A stretch of DNA of 64,000 bases from an uncultured Armatimonadia bacterium (lineage in GTDB: Bacteria; Armatimonadota; Zipacnadia; CAVVLO01): NCBI GenBank assembly GCA_963749155.1, contig CAVVLO010000005.1, positions 320,001 to 384,000 on the forward strand. Reading direction: 5' to 3'. Below the pieces are notes generated by a model that ran no database searches, had not been told where the DNA came from, and worked only from the letters and a program-made list of their open reading frames with translations. The translations under genes and the position numbers were made by a program. This document shows, piece after piece, positions 49,997 to 61,150 of the stretch (within the stretch, counting starts at the first letter, position 1; every line of letters starts with the position of its first letter).

Positions 49997-50140
49997 TTAC
50001 TGTTTCCTTTTGGGCTACTAGAAGGAAAGCGAGATAACACAGAGAAAGCTTATCCCAGACCTTGGCAAGCAGGTGGTCCGGCGCGTCTCCAGGCTGGGCC
50101 ACGATACTTCCTTTATCTTCCAAACGGGAGTGAGACGGTT

Positions 50141-51130
50141 ATGAAGGTTGCGCTGGTCGGCTCCGGCGGAATGGCGCGTACCCACGCCAGTGGGTACGGC
50201 ATCGTGCCGGGGGCGGAGTTAGTCGCTGTAATGGACTACAAGCTGGACCGGGCTCTTGATTTCGCCAGCACCTGGGGCGTCAAGGCTTACGACGATTTTG
50301 CCAGGATGCTCGCCGAGCAGGAGATTGACGTCCTCGATGTCTGCACCCCTACCTATGTGCATTCCGAGTACGCCATCAAGGGGCTCGAAGCGGGCAAGCA
50401 TGTCATCTGCGAAAAGCCAATGGCGCGTACCATCGAACAGGCGGATGCGATGATCCGGGCCGCTGACGCCTCGGGAAAGCAGCTCTTCGTGGCTCAGGTG
50501 CTGCGTTTCTTCCCCGAGTTCCGCAAGGGCTATGACCTGCTCAAATCGGGCGCGGTAGGCGAGCCGGGAATGATCCGCACCTGGCGTTGCTGCCAGTTCC
50601 CGCGCGGGACGGACGACTGGTTCGCTGACGATGCGCTTTCGGGCGGCGCGCCGCTTGATTTGCTCATCCATGACATCGACTGGGTCAACTGGGCCTTCGG
50701 GCCTGTGGAGCGCGTGTTCGCGCGGCGCTTCAACACCCGAGAGCCATACCATGCCGACATCATCCTCGTGACGCTGAGATTCACCTCGGGCGCCATTGCG
50801 CACCTGGAGGGGAGCTTTGCCCATGTGACGGGCTTCGACTGCGGCTTTGAGGTCAGCGGGACAGGCGGAGTGCTCGAATACAAGCTCTCCGAGATGCAAC
50901 CCCTGCTGACCAAGGTGCAGGCAACAGGCGGCACAGGGCCTGGAGTCATCGTGCCCGCCAGCCCAACCAAGGCCTCGCCTTATGGCCTCGAGCTCAAGCA
51001 TTTCTTCGCTTGCATCGAGGGCAAAGAAGAGCCAATTGTAACTGCGCGCGATGCCAGAGCGGCACTGGAGATAGCCTTCGCCGCCATCGAGTCCGCCGCC
51101 AGCGGCAAGCCCATTACCCTGGCGAGTTGA
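50141..51130 (+). CDS. Gfo/Idh/MocA oxidoreductase
   Basis: GSGGMA, CTPT..H, CEKP, QVLRFFPE, SGG..LDLLIHDID. Confidence 0.92.
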   Translation: MKVALVGSGGMARTHASGYGIVPGAELVAVMDYKLDRALDFASTWGVKAYDDFARMLAEQEIDVLDVCTPTYVHSEYAIKGLEAGKHVICEKPMARTIEQADAMIRAADASGKQLFVAQVLRFFPEFRKGYDLLKSGAVGEPGMIRTWRCCQFPRGTDDWFADDALSGGAPLDLLIHDIDWVNWAFGPVERVFARRFNTREPYHADIILVTLRFTSGAIAHLEGSFAHVTGFDCGFEVSGTGGVLEYKLSEMQPLLTKVQATGGTGPGVIVPASPTKASPYGLELKHFFACIEGKEEPIVTARDARAALEIAFAAIESAASGKPITLAS

Positions 51131-51140
51131 GGTGAGGAAA

Positions 51141-52133
51141 ATGAAGCTTGGTATCTTAAGCTTTGCCCATTTGCACGCAGGCAGTTATGCGCACTCCATC
51201 CAGCAGGCCGAAGGCGCAGAGCTGGACTTCATCTGGGACGAGAATCCAGCGCGCGGCCAGCAGGCTGCTGCCAGCTTCGGCGTGCCCTATATCGCCAATT
51301 TGGCAGATGCGCTCGCTCGCGATGCCCAGGCTATCGTCATTGACAGCAGTAATGCGCGTCACGCGGGGCTTGCCATCGCGGCAGCCGAGGCGGGCAAGCA
51401 CGTGCTGTGCGAGAAGCCGCTTGCGACTACGGTCGAGGACGGCAAGGCGATGATTGACGCTTGCGCCAAGGCCGGCGTCAAGCTGATGACCGCCTTCCCC
51501 TGCCGCTTCCATCCGGCTTACGAGGGGCTGTGCGAGGTCGTCACCAGCGGCAAGCTGGGCGCGGTGAAAGCTATCGTCGGCACCAACCGCGGCTCGATGA
51601 TCGGTGACTGGTTCTGCGTGAAGGAAGAGTCTGGCGGCGGCGCGGTTATGGACCATACCGTGCATGTCGTGGACCTCATCCGCGCAATGACCGGCAGCAA
51701 CGTGGCCGAAGTCTATGCCGAATACGATGAGAAGCTATATACCGAATATGGCATCGACGATATTGGGTTGCTCAGTATGCAGCTCGAGAACGGCGTCATT
51801 GCGACACTGGACTGCAGTTGGTCGCGCCCACCAGGCTATCCGACCTGGGGCGACGTGACGATTGAAGTCGTAGGTGAAGCCGGTGTAACAAAGATGGATA
51901 TGTTTGCGCAGGACTTGGCAAAATACCCCAAACAGGCAACAAAATCCGAATGGGTCTATTGGGGCGATGATATGGATTTCCTGTTGATTCAGGGGTTCAT
52001 ATCCGCTATAACAGAGAATAAGGAACCACTCACTTCGGGTCAGGATGGCCTCGAGGCGCTGAAAGTAGCCCTCGCCGCCTATGAATCAGGCGCCCGCAAG
52101 CAGCCTGTGGTCCTCAAGGAGCTGTTCGGCTAA
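51141..52133 (+). CDS. Gfo/Idh/MocA oxidoreductase
   Basis: ILSFAHLHA.SY, CEKP, AFPCRF, GGGAVMDHTVH. Confidence 0.92.
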   Translation: MKLGILSFAHLHAGSYAHSIQQAEGAELDFIWDENPARGQQAAASFGVPYIANLADALARDAQAIVIDSSNARHAGLAIAAAEAGKHVLCEKPLATTVEDGKAMIDACAKAGVKLMTAFPCRFHPAYEGLCEVVTSGKLGAVKAIVGTNRGSMIGDWFCVKEESGGGAVMDHTVHVVDLIRAMTGSNVAEVYAEYDEKLYTEYGIDDIGLLSMQLENGVIATLDCSWSRPPGYPTWGDVTIEVVGEAGVTKMDMFAQDLAKYPKQATKSEWVYWGDDMDFLLIQGFISAITENKEPLTSGQDGLEALKVALAAYESGARKQPVVLKELFG

Positions 52134-52137
52134 GCCG

Positions 52138-53097
52138 ATGACTGGCCTGGAACGCATTATGGCAGCGATCGAGCACCGCGAAGGCGATCGCGCGCCGCTC
52201 AACCTTTGGAATTACAATGGGGGCCCAGGCGATATGGGCCCCCAGGCCATCGAACGTTACGGCAGCGTAGAAGGCTGGTACGAGCGTTTTGGGCTCGATA
52301 TGCATACCGCCTTCCTTCCGCTGCCCCCGCTTAAGGGACGCCTCCATGAGGGGCCTCTGAGGGACGATGAACTCGACGTCATCGAGTTCGAGGACCTGCC
52401 GGACACGGCCGGCGACCCCATCAAGGCCGAGATCGCCCATCACCACTCCAAAGGCAGGGCTATCTTCATCCAGATCTGCGGCGTCCACGAGGCAGCCGCA
52501 GGACTTTTCGGCATCGAAAACGCCCTGATGACCCAGGCGATGGAGCGCGAGAAGTTCGGTCGGTTGCTCGGTCAGATCGCCGATGCGGCTATCCAGCAGG
52601 CGCAGCTCGCGGCGAAACTCGGCGGCGATGTCATCCACGTCTCGGACGACTGGGGCGCGACGCGCGGGCTTATGTTCTCCCCGACTGACTGGTGGGAACT
52701 GGTCTATCCCGAAGAGAAGCGCATCGTGGATGAGATCAAGCGCCTGGGCAAGCCTGCCTCGCTGCACAGCGATGGCAATGTCAACGAGGTACTCGAGGGC
52801 ATAATCAAGCTGGGCTTCGATGTGCTTCACCCCTGCCAGACATCGGCGGGGATGGATCCGTACGCAATCAAGGCCGAGTGGGGCGCCAAGCTGACCCTCT
52901 ACGGCACCCTCGATATCGTCCACTTGTTGCCGCACGCCCCGCTTGCCGAGCTGGAGGCCGAGGTTACAAGAAGGATGCAAGAGCTGAAAGTCGGTGGCGG
53001 TTACCTCTTCTGCACCGAGCACTCTCTTCAGACCGACACGACCTGGGAGCGTATCGAGCTGGCTTTCGATACCGCCCTCAAGTGGTCCTGGTATTAG
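52138..53097 (+). CDS. Uroporphyrinogen decarboxylase / MtaA-CmuA family protein
   Basis: MT..ERI, SDDWG...LMFSP, LHSDG, HPCQ..AGMD, GGGYLF..EH. Confidence 0.82.
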   Translation: MTGLERIMAAIEHREGDRAPLNLWNYNGGPGDMGPQAIERYGSVEGWYERFGLDMHTAFLPLPPLKGRLHEGPLRDDELDVIEFEDLPDTAGDPIKAEIAHHHSKGRAIFIQICGVHEAAAGLFGIENALMTQAMEREKFGRLLGQIADAAIQQAQLAAKLGGDVIHVSDDWGATRGLMFSPTDWWELVYPEEKRIVDEIKRLGKPASLHSDGNVNEVLEGIIKLGFDVLHPCQTSAGMDPYAIKAEWGAKLTLYGTLDIVHLLPHAPLAELEAEVTRRMQELKVGGGYLFCTEHSLQTDTTWERIELAFDTALKWSWY

Positions 53098-53142
53098 TCC
53101 TTCCGCCTTCGGCAGTTCCAGGCGTCAAGGAGGCCCCTGCTT

Positions 53143-54627
53143 ATGTATTATCCCAGCTTTGCCCAGTTTGAAGAGTTAGCTCAGCAATATCCGGTAGTGC
53201 CGGTATATACAGAGCTATTGCTGGATTTCGAGACGCCCCCTTCGGCTTATCTCAAGGTCGCTAACAGCCCCAACACAGGGCTGCTTGAGAGCGTCGAGGG
53301 AGGCGAGCGCCTCGGTCGTTATTCCTTTGTGCTGACCCAGCCCGAACTCGTCATCCGCACCAAAGGGCGCCATGTCGAATATGAGACTGGCAGCCATCTC
53401 GAAGCCTTCGACCTGCCAGCAGATAAAGATCCACTCCACCTGGTGCAGGAGGCGCTGGACGCCCGGCGCGCCCCAAGGCTGCCCCAACTGCCTTCGATGG
53501 CCGGGGGCTGTGTTGGCTATCTCGGCTGGGACCTGGTGCACTTTTTCGAAGAGCTGCCCGAGACCCAACCTGACGAGCTGGCCATCTGGGACACCTATCT
53601 GGTCTTCTACGACACCATTATCGTCTTCGACCACAGCCGCCATGTGCTGCAACTGGTGCATAATGCGCGGATAGGGGGCAACCCTCGCTACGCCTACGAG
53701 CAGGCGCAGGTAGAACTTGAGAAGCTGGCCGAGCAACTGCGCCACCGCCAGGTCGAAGCGCCCGCGCTTACTCCGGTGGAGGGCAGCCCTGAAGTGCCAG
53801 CTTCCAATCTGACCAAGGCAGAGTTCGAAGCATCGGTCTCGGCGGCCAAAGAGTATATCGCGGCAGGCGACATCATCCAGGTGGTCGTTTCGCAGCGGCT
53901 GGAGCGCGACTTCGAGGGCGATCCCTTCTCGGTATATCGGGCGCTGCGCACCCTTAATCCCTCACCTTATATGTACTACCTGCACTGCGGGGATGTGCAA
54001 CTTATCGGCACCTCGCCCGAAGTGCTGCTTACGGTGAACGATGGCACCGCGCGGGTGCGACCAATCGCAGGGACCAGGCCGCGCGGGGCAACGGTCGAAG
54101 ACGACAGGCTGCTGGAGCGCGAATTGCTGGCCGACGAGAAGGAACGCGCCGAGCATGTGATGCTGGTGGACCTCGGCCGCAACGACCTGGGGCGGGTCTG
54201 CGAGTTCGGCTCGGTACAGGTGCCCGAGCTGTTCGTGGTGGAGCGTTATTCCCACGTGATGCACATTGTCTCCGAGGTGCGCGGTCAACTGGCCGAGGGC
54301 AGGACTGAACTAGATGCGCTGAGGGCGTGCTTCCCCGCGGGGACAGTCAGCGGGGCGCCCAAGGTGCGCGCGATGGAACTGATTGACGAACTGGAGCCCT
54401 GCCGGCGCGGCGCATATGGCGGGGCGGTTGGATATTTCAGCTATTCCGGTGGGATGGACACTTGCATCACCATCCGCACCCTGATGGCCAAAGGCGGCAA
54501 GCTCTACGGCCAGGCGGGCGCGGGCATTGTGGCGGATTCGGTGCCCGAGCGAGAATGGCATGAGACGCTTCACAAGGCCAGAGCGCTGCTTACCGCGGTG
54601 GATATGGCCCAGGGAGGGAGCCAGTAA
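53143..54627 (+). CDS. trpE: Anthranilate synthase component I
   Basis: [46 protein letters not shown]. Confidence 0.96.
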   Translation: MYYPSFAQFEELAQQYPVVPVYTELLLDFETPPSAYLKVANSPNTGLLESVEGGERLGRYSFVLTQPELVIRTKGRHVEYETGSHLEAFDLPADKDPLHLVQEALDARRAPRLPQLPSMAGGCVGYLGWDLVHFFEELPETQPDELAIWDTYLVFYDTIIVFDHSRHVLQLVHNARIGGNPRYAYEQAQVELEKLAEQLRHRQVEAPALTPVEGSPEVPASNLTKAEFEASVSAAKEYIAAGDIIQVVVSQRLERDFEGDPFSVYRALRTLNPSPYMYYLHCGDVQLIGTSPEVLLTVNDGTARVRPIAGTRPRGATVEDDRLLERELLADEKERAEHVMLVDLGRNDLGRVCEFGSVQVPELFVVERYSHVMHIVSEVRGQLAEGRTELDALRACFPAGTVSGAPKVRAMELIDELEPCRRGAYGGAVGYFSYSGGMDTCITIRTLMAKGGKLYGQAGAGIVADSVPEREWHETLHKARALLTAVDMAQGGSQ

Positions 54628-56267
54628 TGATTTTGATAATCGACAACTACGACTCCTTCACCTACAACCTGGCGCAGTATTTCGGCGAACTCGGCGCAGA
54701 GCTCGAGGTCGTGCGCAACGACAAGATAACGATTGAAGAGGTAGCCGCCCTCGCTCCTGAGGGAATCGTCATCTCGCCAGGGCCAGGCAGGCCGGAGGAT
54801 GCGGGCCTCTCGGTGCCGCTTATCCGCGAGCTGGCTGGCAAGACGCCAATCCTGGGCGTGTGCCTCGGCCATCAGGCGCTTGGACAGGCCTTTGGCGGCG
54901 ACATTGTGCGCGCCGAGAGGCTGATGCACGGCAAGACCTCGCCCATAAGTCACGATGAACGTAATCTCTTCCGGGGCCTGCCCTCGCCTTTCGAGGCCAT
55001 CCGGTATCACAGCCTGCTGGTGGACAGGGCTTCTCTGCCCGCACAGCTTGAAATAAGTGCCGAAAGCGACACCGGCGAGATAATGGGGCTGCGTCACAAG
55101 GAGTTCAACCTCGAAGGCGTGCAGTTCCATCCGGAGTCAATCCTCACCGCTCAGGGCAAGCAACTGCTGATGAACTGGCTCGAGCTTGTCAAGTTTGGCG
55201 GCAGGCGGCCCCAGGACGCGGGCGCAGCCTCGCGCACTGCCATCCAGCAGGCGCTGACCCGGGTGCTGGCCGGCGAGGATCTGTCGGCCTTCGAAGCAAG
55301 CAAACTGATGGAAGACGTGATGGATGGCCTTGCGACGCCGGCCCAGCTCGCGGGCTTCCTGATAGCGCTTCGGTTGAAGGGCGAAACGCCCGCCGAGATA
55401 GCCTCCTTCGCCAAGGTGATGCGGTCCAGGGCTGTCACAATCCCTGTGCATCGCGAGGTAATCGACACCTGTGGCACTGGCGGAGACCGCATCAAGACCT
55501 TCAATGTCAGCACGGCGGCGGCTTTCGTGGTCGCAGGCACTGGGCATGCAGTCGCCAAGCATGGCAACCGGTCGGTCTCCAGTCGGTCGGGCAGCGCGGA
55601 TGTGCTGGAAGCGCTGGGAGTCCGGATAGACCTGGCGCCTGAAGCGGTCGGACGCTGCGTGGACGAGATTGGCCTGGGCTTCCTTTTCGCGCCCGCGCTG
55701 CATCCGGCAATGAAACACGCCATCGGCCCCAGGCGCGAGCTGGCGCAGCGGACTGTCTTCAACGTGCTGGGACCGCTGACCAACCCGGCAGGGGCGAAGC
55801 GGCAGTTGCTCGGTGTGTTCGATGCCGACCTGACCGAGACCCTGGCAGAGGCGCTTGCGGCGATGGGCACCGAGCGCGCTCTGGTCGTGCATGGCGAAGG
55901 CGGACTGGATGAAGTTTCGACTTTCTCGCGCACCTTTGTTTCCGAGGTCAGAGGCGGCAAGGTGGAGAGTTATGTCCTCTCGCCTGAGGAGCTTGGCCTC
56001 GCGCGCTGCCGGCCTGAGGACGTGGCGGGGGGCAGTCCTGAAGAAAACGCCGCGCTTATCGAGCGGATGTTCAAAGGCGAGGCCGGCCCTGCTGCTGACC
56101 TGGTGCTGGCCAATGCAGCTGCGGCGCTGCTCACGACCGATGATTATGCAGACCTCGTGGAGGCGCTGGCGGCGGCCCGAGAGAGCCTGGCGGGCGGTCA
56201 CGCGCTAGAGGCATTGAACGAGCTCAGGCGGCTTACAGCGGAACTTGCACCGGAGAAGGAAGGCTGA
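54627..56267 (+). CDS. trpGD: Bifunctional anthranilate synthase component II / anthranilate phosphoribosyltransferase (TrpG-TrpD fusion)
   Basis: [28 protein letters not shown], then [17 protein letters not shown]. Confidence 0.95.
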   Translation: MILIIDNYDSFTYNLAQYFGELGAELEVVRNDKITIEEVAALAPEGIVISPGPGRPEDAGLSVPLIRELAGKTPILGVCLGHQALGQAFGGDIVRAERLMHGKTSPISHDERNLFRGLPSPFEAIRYHSLLVDRASLPAQLEISAESDTGEIMGLRHKEFNLEGVQFHPESILTAQGKQLLMNWLELVKFGGRRPQDAGAASRTAIQQALTRVLAGEDLSAFEASKLMEDVMDGLATPAQLAGFLIALRLKGETPAEIASFAKVMRSRAVTIPVHREVIDTCGTGGDRIKTFNVSTAAAFVVAGTGHAVAKHGNRSVSSRSGSADVLEALGVRIDLAPEAVGRCVDEIGLGFLFAPALHPAMKHAIGPRRELAQRTVFNVLGPLTNPAGAKRQLLGVFDADLTETLAEALAAMGTERALVVHGEGGLDEVSTFSRTFVSEVRGGKVESYVLSPEELGLARCRPEDVAGGSPEENAALIERMFKGEAGPAADLVLANAAAALLTTDDYADLVEALAAARESLAGGHALEALNELRRLTAELAPEKEG

Positions 56268-57094
56268 TGAAGCCTCTTGCCGGCGTGTTGGCCGAGCTTG
56301 TTGCCACTGCAAAACAACGGGTCGAGGCGGCTCTGCCCTACCACAAGCAACTGGAAGAGGTGGCGCGCAAACGCCCACCGGCGCCGGATTTCCGAGCAGC
56401 TTTGAAGGCTTCTGATAGTCTGAGCCTGATTTGCGAGGTTAAACGGGCTTCTCCCTCGCAAGGAAACATCCGCCCCAAGGCTGATCCAGTGAAGGTGGCC
56501 AAGTTTTATGCCGAAGCAGGCGCGGCAGCGGTGTCGGTACTCACCGAACCGAGCAGGTTCGGAGGCGGGATGGATGATCTGATCTTCGTCCAGCAGGCTT
56601 TGCCCGCGCTGCCGGTGCTGCGGAAGGACTTCATCGTCCACGAAGTGCAGCTTGCAGAAGCCAGGTCGGCCCAGGCGTCATCGGCTTTACTGATGGCCGC
56701 CGTACTGGAGCAGGACGAGCTTGCCCGGCTGCTTGCCTATGCGCGCGACCTGGGGCTGGAGCCGCTGGTCGAGGTCCGAGGCGAGGCAGAACTGGAAGAG
56801 GCGCTTGCCGCTGGCGCCAGAGTTATCGGCATCAACAACCGCAATCTGACGACCCTCGAAGTCGATCTCGCGGCCACTTTCGAGTTGGCCGGGCAGGTGC
56901 CGGATGAGGCAGTGCTGGTCAGCGAGAGCGGTATCCACGGCCCCGAGCAGGCGCGCGAGCTGCGAGCGGCGGGCGTTGACGCGTTGCTGGTAGGGACTTC
57001 TTTAATGAGAGCGGAAGAGCCAGAAGAGCTTATCCGGGAGTTGTTACAGGCAGGCGCTGGGCCAAGGCCCAGGCGAGCCGGCAGGAGGCACTGA
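56267..57094 (+). CDS. trpC: Indole-3-glycerol-phosphate synthase
   Basis: [32 protein letters not shown]. Confidence 0.95.
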   Translation: MKPLAGVLAELVATAKQRVEAALPYHKQLEEVARKRPPAPDFRAALKASDSLSLICEVKRASPSQGNIRPKADPVKVAKFYAEAGAAAVSVLTEPSRFGGGMDDLIFVQQALPALPVLRKDFIVHEVQLAEARSAQASSALLMAAVLEQDELARLLAYARDLGLEPLVEVRGEAELEEALAAGARVIGINNRNLTTLEVDLAATFELAGQVPDEAVLVSESGIHGPEQARELRAAGVDALLVGTSLMRAEEPEELIRELLQAGAGPRPRRAGRRH

Positions 57095-57099
57095 TTAGA

Positions 57100-58293
57100 G
57101 TGAAGATGGGCCCTGACGAAAGGGGTTATTATGGCGAGTTCGGGGGCAGTTTTGCGCCCGAGATAGCCTCTACCGCGCTGGAAGAGCTGGAACAGGTCTT
57201 CCACGAGGCGATGGCGGACGCGGAGTTTCAGGCGAAGATGGCCTATTACCTGGCCGATTATGTGGGCAGGCCGACCCCGCTCTACTTCGCCGAGAATCTG
57301 ACCAGGCTGGCAGGTGGAGCGCGGCTGTATCTCAAGCGCGAAGACCTTTGCCATACTGGCTCGCACAAGCTCAACAACACTGTAGGCCAGTGCCTGCTGG
57401 CAAAGCGGATGGGCAAGCCGCGCGTCATCGCCGAGACTGGCGCAGGGATGCATGGCGTGGCTACCGCCACCGTCGCCGCGCTGTTTGGACTTGATTGCAC
57501 GGTTTATATGGGCGAGATCGACACCCAGCGCCAGGCGCTCAACGTCTACAAAATGAAACTGCTTGGCTCCAAGGTCTGCCCTGTGACAAGCGGCAGCAAG
57601 ACGCTGAAGGATGCCACCAACGAGGCCATCCGCGACTGGGTCACCAATCTCGACCATACCCATTTTGTGCTGGGCTCGGTCGTTGGGATGCATCCCTATC
57701 CGATGATCGTCCGCACTTTCCAGTCCATCATCAGTAAAGAAGCCAGGCAGCAGTCGCTTGCGCAGATTGGCAAGCTGCCGACCGCCATCGTGGCCTGCGT
57801 GGGAGGCGGAAGCAACGCGATGGGAGCTTTCTACAACTTCATCGAAGATCCAGGCGTGCGCCTTATTGGGGTAGAAGCCGCCGGGCTGGGGCTGGAGACG
57901 GGCAAGCATGGCGCTTCGCTGGCCAAGGGCCGCCCTGGCGTGTTGCACGGGGCCAAGACTTACCTGCTGCAGGACGAGCATGGCCAGGTGGCGGAGACCC
58001 ATTCCATCTCGGCTGGCCTGGATTATCCAGGCGTTGGGCCTGAGCATTCCTGGCTGAAGGACACCGGCCGCGGCGAGTATGTGTCAGCCACCGATGAGGA
58101 AGCTCTGGAGGCGCTGGAGACTCTCTCTCGCGCCGAGGGCATCATCCCGGCGCTGGAGTCCGCCCACGCGGTTGCCTATGCGATGAAACTGGCCAAGGAG
58201 CTTCCACCCGAGGCTTCGATAATGATCTGCCTGTCGGGGCGCGGCGACAAAGATGCCGAGACCATAATGAAACTCGGCGTGGGGGTGGAGTGA
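57100..58293 (+). CDS. trpB: Tryptophan synthase beta chain
   Basis: [47 protein letters not shown]. Confidence 0.97.
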   Translation: MKMGPDERGYYGEFGGSFAPEIASTALEELEQVFHEAMADAEFQAKMAYYLADYVGRPTPLYFAENLTRLAGGARLYLKREDLCHTGSHKLNNTVGQCLLAKRMGKPRVIAETGAGMHGVATATVAALFGLDCTVYMGEIDTQRQALNVYKMKLLGSKVCPVTSGSKTLKDATNEAIRDWVTNLDHTHFVLGSVVGMHPYPMIVRTFQSIISKEARQQSLAQIGKLPTAIVACVGGGSNAMGAFYNFIEDPGVRLIGVEAAGLGLETGKHGASLAKGRPGVLHGAKTYLLQDEHGQVAETHSISAGLDYPGVGPEHSWLKDTGRGEYVSATDEEALEALETLSRAEGIIPALESAHAVAYAMKLAKELPPEASIMICLSGRGDKDAETIMKLGVGVE

Positions 58294-59096
58294 CGATGAA
58301 CCGGATCGATGCCACCTTCGCAAAACTGCGCGGTGATGGTCAGAAAGGCCTCATCGCTTTTATCGTGGCTGGAGACGGCGGGCTGGAGGCAACGAAAGCT
58401 CACGTCCACGGGCTGATTGAGGGCGGGGCGGATATCGTCGAGCTGGGAGTGCCTTTCTCCGATCCGATTGCCGATGGGCCAGTTAACCAGGCGGCGGCTT
58501 ACCGCGCGCTGGATGCCGGCGTCACCCTCGAAGGGATTTTCGAAACAGTGCGGGCCTTAAGGCAGGAAGTCGAAACGCCGATACTCCTTATGGGATATAT
58601 GAATCCTTTTTATAGTTATGGACTTGAGGCGGCCTGCAAGGACGCTGTTGAAGCTGGAGTGGACGGTTTTATCATTGCCGATTTGCCGCCGCTCGAGGCT
58701 GAGCTTATAACCGCCTATGCCCAGCCCACAGGGCTTGCGACGGTCTTCCTGGCGGCGCCCAATTCGAGCCAGCGGCGTCTTGAAGCCATTGCGAAGCACT
58801 CGACAGGTTTCGTTTATTGCCTGGCGAGGGCAGGCGTGACGGGCGAGAGCGAGGCTCTCTCGGATGATTCGCGCGAGCTGGTCGCGAAGCTGCGCAGGCT
58901 GACCGACAAGCCGCTTGCGGTGGGATTTGGTATCAAGTCCGCCCAGCAGGTGCGCCAGGCCTGGGAATATGCCGACGCTGCAATTGTAGGAAGCGCGCTG
59001 GTGCGAATTATTGCCGAAGCAGGAAGTCCAGCCGAGGCGGAGAATTCTCTAGTGCAATTTGTAAAAAAGTTGAGAACAGGAACCGAAATAGGGTAA
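58290..59096 (+). CDS. trpA: Tryptophan synthase alpha chain
   Basis: [32 protein letters not shown]. Confidence 0.96.
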   Translation: MTMNRIDATFAKLRGDGQKGLIAFIVAGDGGLEATKAHVHGLIEGGADIVELGVPFSDPIADGPVNQAAAYRALDAGVTLEGIFETVRALRQEVETPILLMGYMNPFYSYGLEAACKDAVEAGVDGFIIADLPPLEAELITAYAQPTGLATVFLAAPNSSQRRLEAIAKHSTGFVYCLARAGVTGESEALSDDSRELVAKLRRLTDKPLAVGFGIKSAQQVRQAWEYADAAIVGSALVRIIAEAGSPAEAENSLVQFVKKLRTGTEIG

Positions 59097-59144
59097 CCTA
59101 GACAGGATATCGCCCCGAAAGGGAGGGGCTCCCAGGAGCGAGGC

Positions 59145-59846
59145 ATGCTGGCCAAAGAATTGCTACCCAAACTGATGGAGTATTCCATCATATTACCGAC
59201 AGCGGGGCGGAATGATATCTCTCAGGCCTGCTCGCTGGCCAAGAACCGCCATTTCGCGTGTGTCTCGGTCTTTCCCTGCTGGGTGCCTTTTGCCGCGAGG
59301 CAACTCGCCGGCACCGATGTGAAATGTTCTGCGACCATCGGCTACCCCTACGGCGTGGACGCCCTTTCCGTGAAGGTCTATTCGGCCCAGTTGCTGACGA
59401 AAGTTGGCGCGGGCGAGATAGAAGTTTTCGTGAATCTTTCGGCCTTGAAATCGGGCGATTTTGATGTGGTAGTCGCCGAAGCCGAAGAATTAAAAGACAC
59501 GGTTACAGTCACCGGCCTGACTCACAGCGGGGAAGAGGGTATGCTCAAACTCGCCATCCCCGTGGATTATCTCGAGCCTGCCGAACTAGCCAGACTTGTC
59601 ACCACACTGCGCGAGGTGAGTGTGGACTTCCTCACTTTGTTCTTCCAGCAACCGCAGGTAGAGCCTGTCACCGATGCGTTGCGGCTCGTACGCGACTGTG
59701 TGGGCGCCGAGATGGGCATTAAGCTTATGGCGCCAACGATGGAAGCCGATACGGCGCTGCGCCTGGCCGACCTGGGCGCCAACAGGGTGGGCTGTTCCAA
59801 CTTCGCTGACTTTATGGAAAAAGCCGAGGAAGCCGCCTCCAAGTGA
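59145..59846 (+). CDS. Deoxyribose-phosphate aldolase (DeoC)-like protein, catalytically degenerate
   Basis: FACVSV.P.WV...L.GTDVK...IGYPYG...GA.EI...N..ALKSGD...GANRVGCS; FVKTSTG motif absent. Confidence 0.7.
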   Translation: MLAKELLPKLMEYSIILPTAGRNDISQACSLAKNRHFACVSVFPCWVPFAARQLAGTDVKCSATIGYPYGVDALSVKVYSAQLLTKVGAGEIEVFVNLSALKSGDFDVVVAEAEELKDTVTVTGLTHSGEEGMLKLAIPVDYLEPAELARLVTTLREVSVDFLTLFFQQPQVEPVTDALRLVRDCVGAEMGIKLMAPTMEADTALRLADLGANRVGCSNFADFMEKAEEAASK

Positions 59847-60593
59847 CCACAAGGCAACCTCTCACTGTCGAGGGGCTGGTACTTTCCAATCGCGAGCTGG
59901 GCGAAGCTGATCGGCTCGCAATGATTTTGACCGGCCCTCAAGGCAAGCTGGTCTGCCGCGTCCGAGGCGCGCGCAAGCCCAAGAGCAAACTGCGCGCTTC
60001 TACCGAACCCGCGATGTATATCAGGTGTCAGATCGCCGAAGGGCGTTCGATGCATACCCTTACCCAGGTCGAAGTGCTGGATGCCTTCTCAGGACTGCGC
60101 CGTGACTGGCGAAAATCCTTTCTCGCTTTGCTTGTCCTCGAAGTGGTGGAAGCCCTCTGCCTGAAGGGCCAGCCGAATGAGCTCATCTTCGAGCTTGTAC
60201 TGAGACAGCTCAAGCAGCTTGAAACCACCGAGCAACCAGTCCAGCTTGTCCAGGCGCTCCTGATGGCTTTGCTTTCCGAATGGGGCGCAGAGCCTTCGCT
60301 TCGTTATTGCCCCGTGTGCGGCGAGCCGGTCGCTGGCGAAAGCTATTTCTCGCCAAGAGCTGGAGGCCTTGCCTGTAAGACTTGCGCCCAGGCCAAGGGC
60401 GCCCGGCATTTTCGCAGCCCAGAATTCACCAGCTATTTTCAAGGCCTTCTGGAGCGCCAGGAGTCGGTCGAGGTGTCTAACGAGGTACTTGCTCGAAGCG
60501 CATAAAGCGCTGCACAGATGGCTTCAACATTACCTGGACAAGGAGTTGCCTGGTTTCCTGGTGGTCGCCAGCAGCCAGGTTATAAGCAATTGA
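59843..60593 (+). CDS. recO: DNA repair protein RecO (frameshift near 60495)
   Basis: GLVL...LGEADR...GK...RGARKPKSKL, CPVC...C..C zinc finger; C-terminus (LQHYLDKEL) in shifted frame. Confidence 0.88.
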
Positions 60594-61150
60594 AGCCTCT
60601 GCCCCGCGACTTCTATCTGCAGCCAACCCTTGAAGTGGCGCGCAACTTGCTGGGCGCTTTTATCGTCAGAGAACTGGACGGGCAGCGTTTGGTTGCGCGA
60701 GTGGTCGAGACAGAAGCTTATCTGGCCGAGGATCCAGCCTGTCACGCCTCGCGCGGCAAGACTCGCCGCAACGCACCGATGTTCGGCTCGCCTGGCACCG
60801 CTTATATGTATCTCATTTACGGGATGTATCACTGTTTCAATGTGGTCTGTGCCGAGGAAGGGGTGCCAGAAGCAGTGCTGATACGCGCTGCAGAGCCGCT
60901 TGAAGGCTTTGGAAAGCAGGTTGATTTGCGTCTGCTTGCCGGGCCAGGCAAGTTGTGCAAGACTCTTGCGCTGGAAGCCGCCTTGTGCGGCCATGACCTG
61001 CGCCTGCCACCTGTGCAACTTGTCGAGGGTGAGTCGGTACCGGCACAAAAGGTGCTTGTAAGGCCCCGTGTGGGCATCAGCCAGGCCACTGACAGGTTGT
61101 GGAGATACTGTATTGCCGGCTCGCCGGCGCTTTCCCGGAGGGAAGAATGA
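60590..61150 (+). CDS. mpg: DNA-3-methyladenine glycosylase (MPG/AAG type)
   Basis: VETEAY..EDPACH, MFG.PG.AY.Y.IYGMY.C.N, AVLIRA, GPGKL, RVGI. Confidence 0.93.
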   Translation: MKPLPRDFYLQPTLEVARNLLGAFIVRELDGQRLVARVVETEAYLAEDPACHASRGKTRRNAPMFGSPGTAYMYLIYGMYHCFNVVCAEEGVPEAVLIRAAEPLEGFGKQVDLRLLAGPGKLCKTLALEAALCGHDLRLPPVQLVEGESVPAQKVLVRPRVGISQATDRLWRYCIAGSPALSRREE

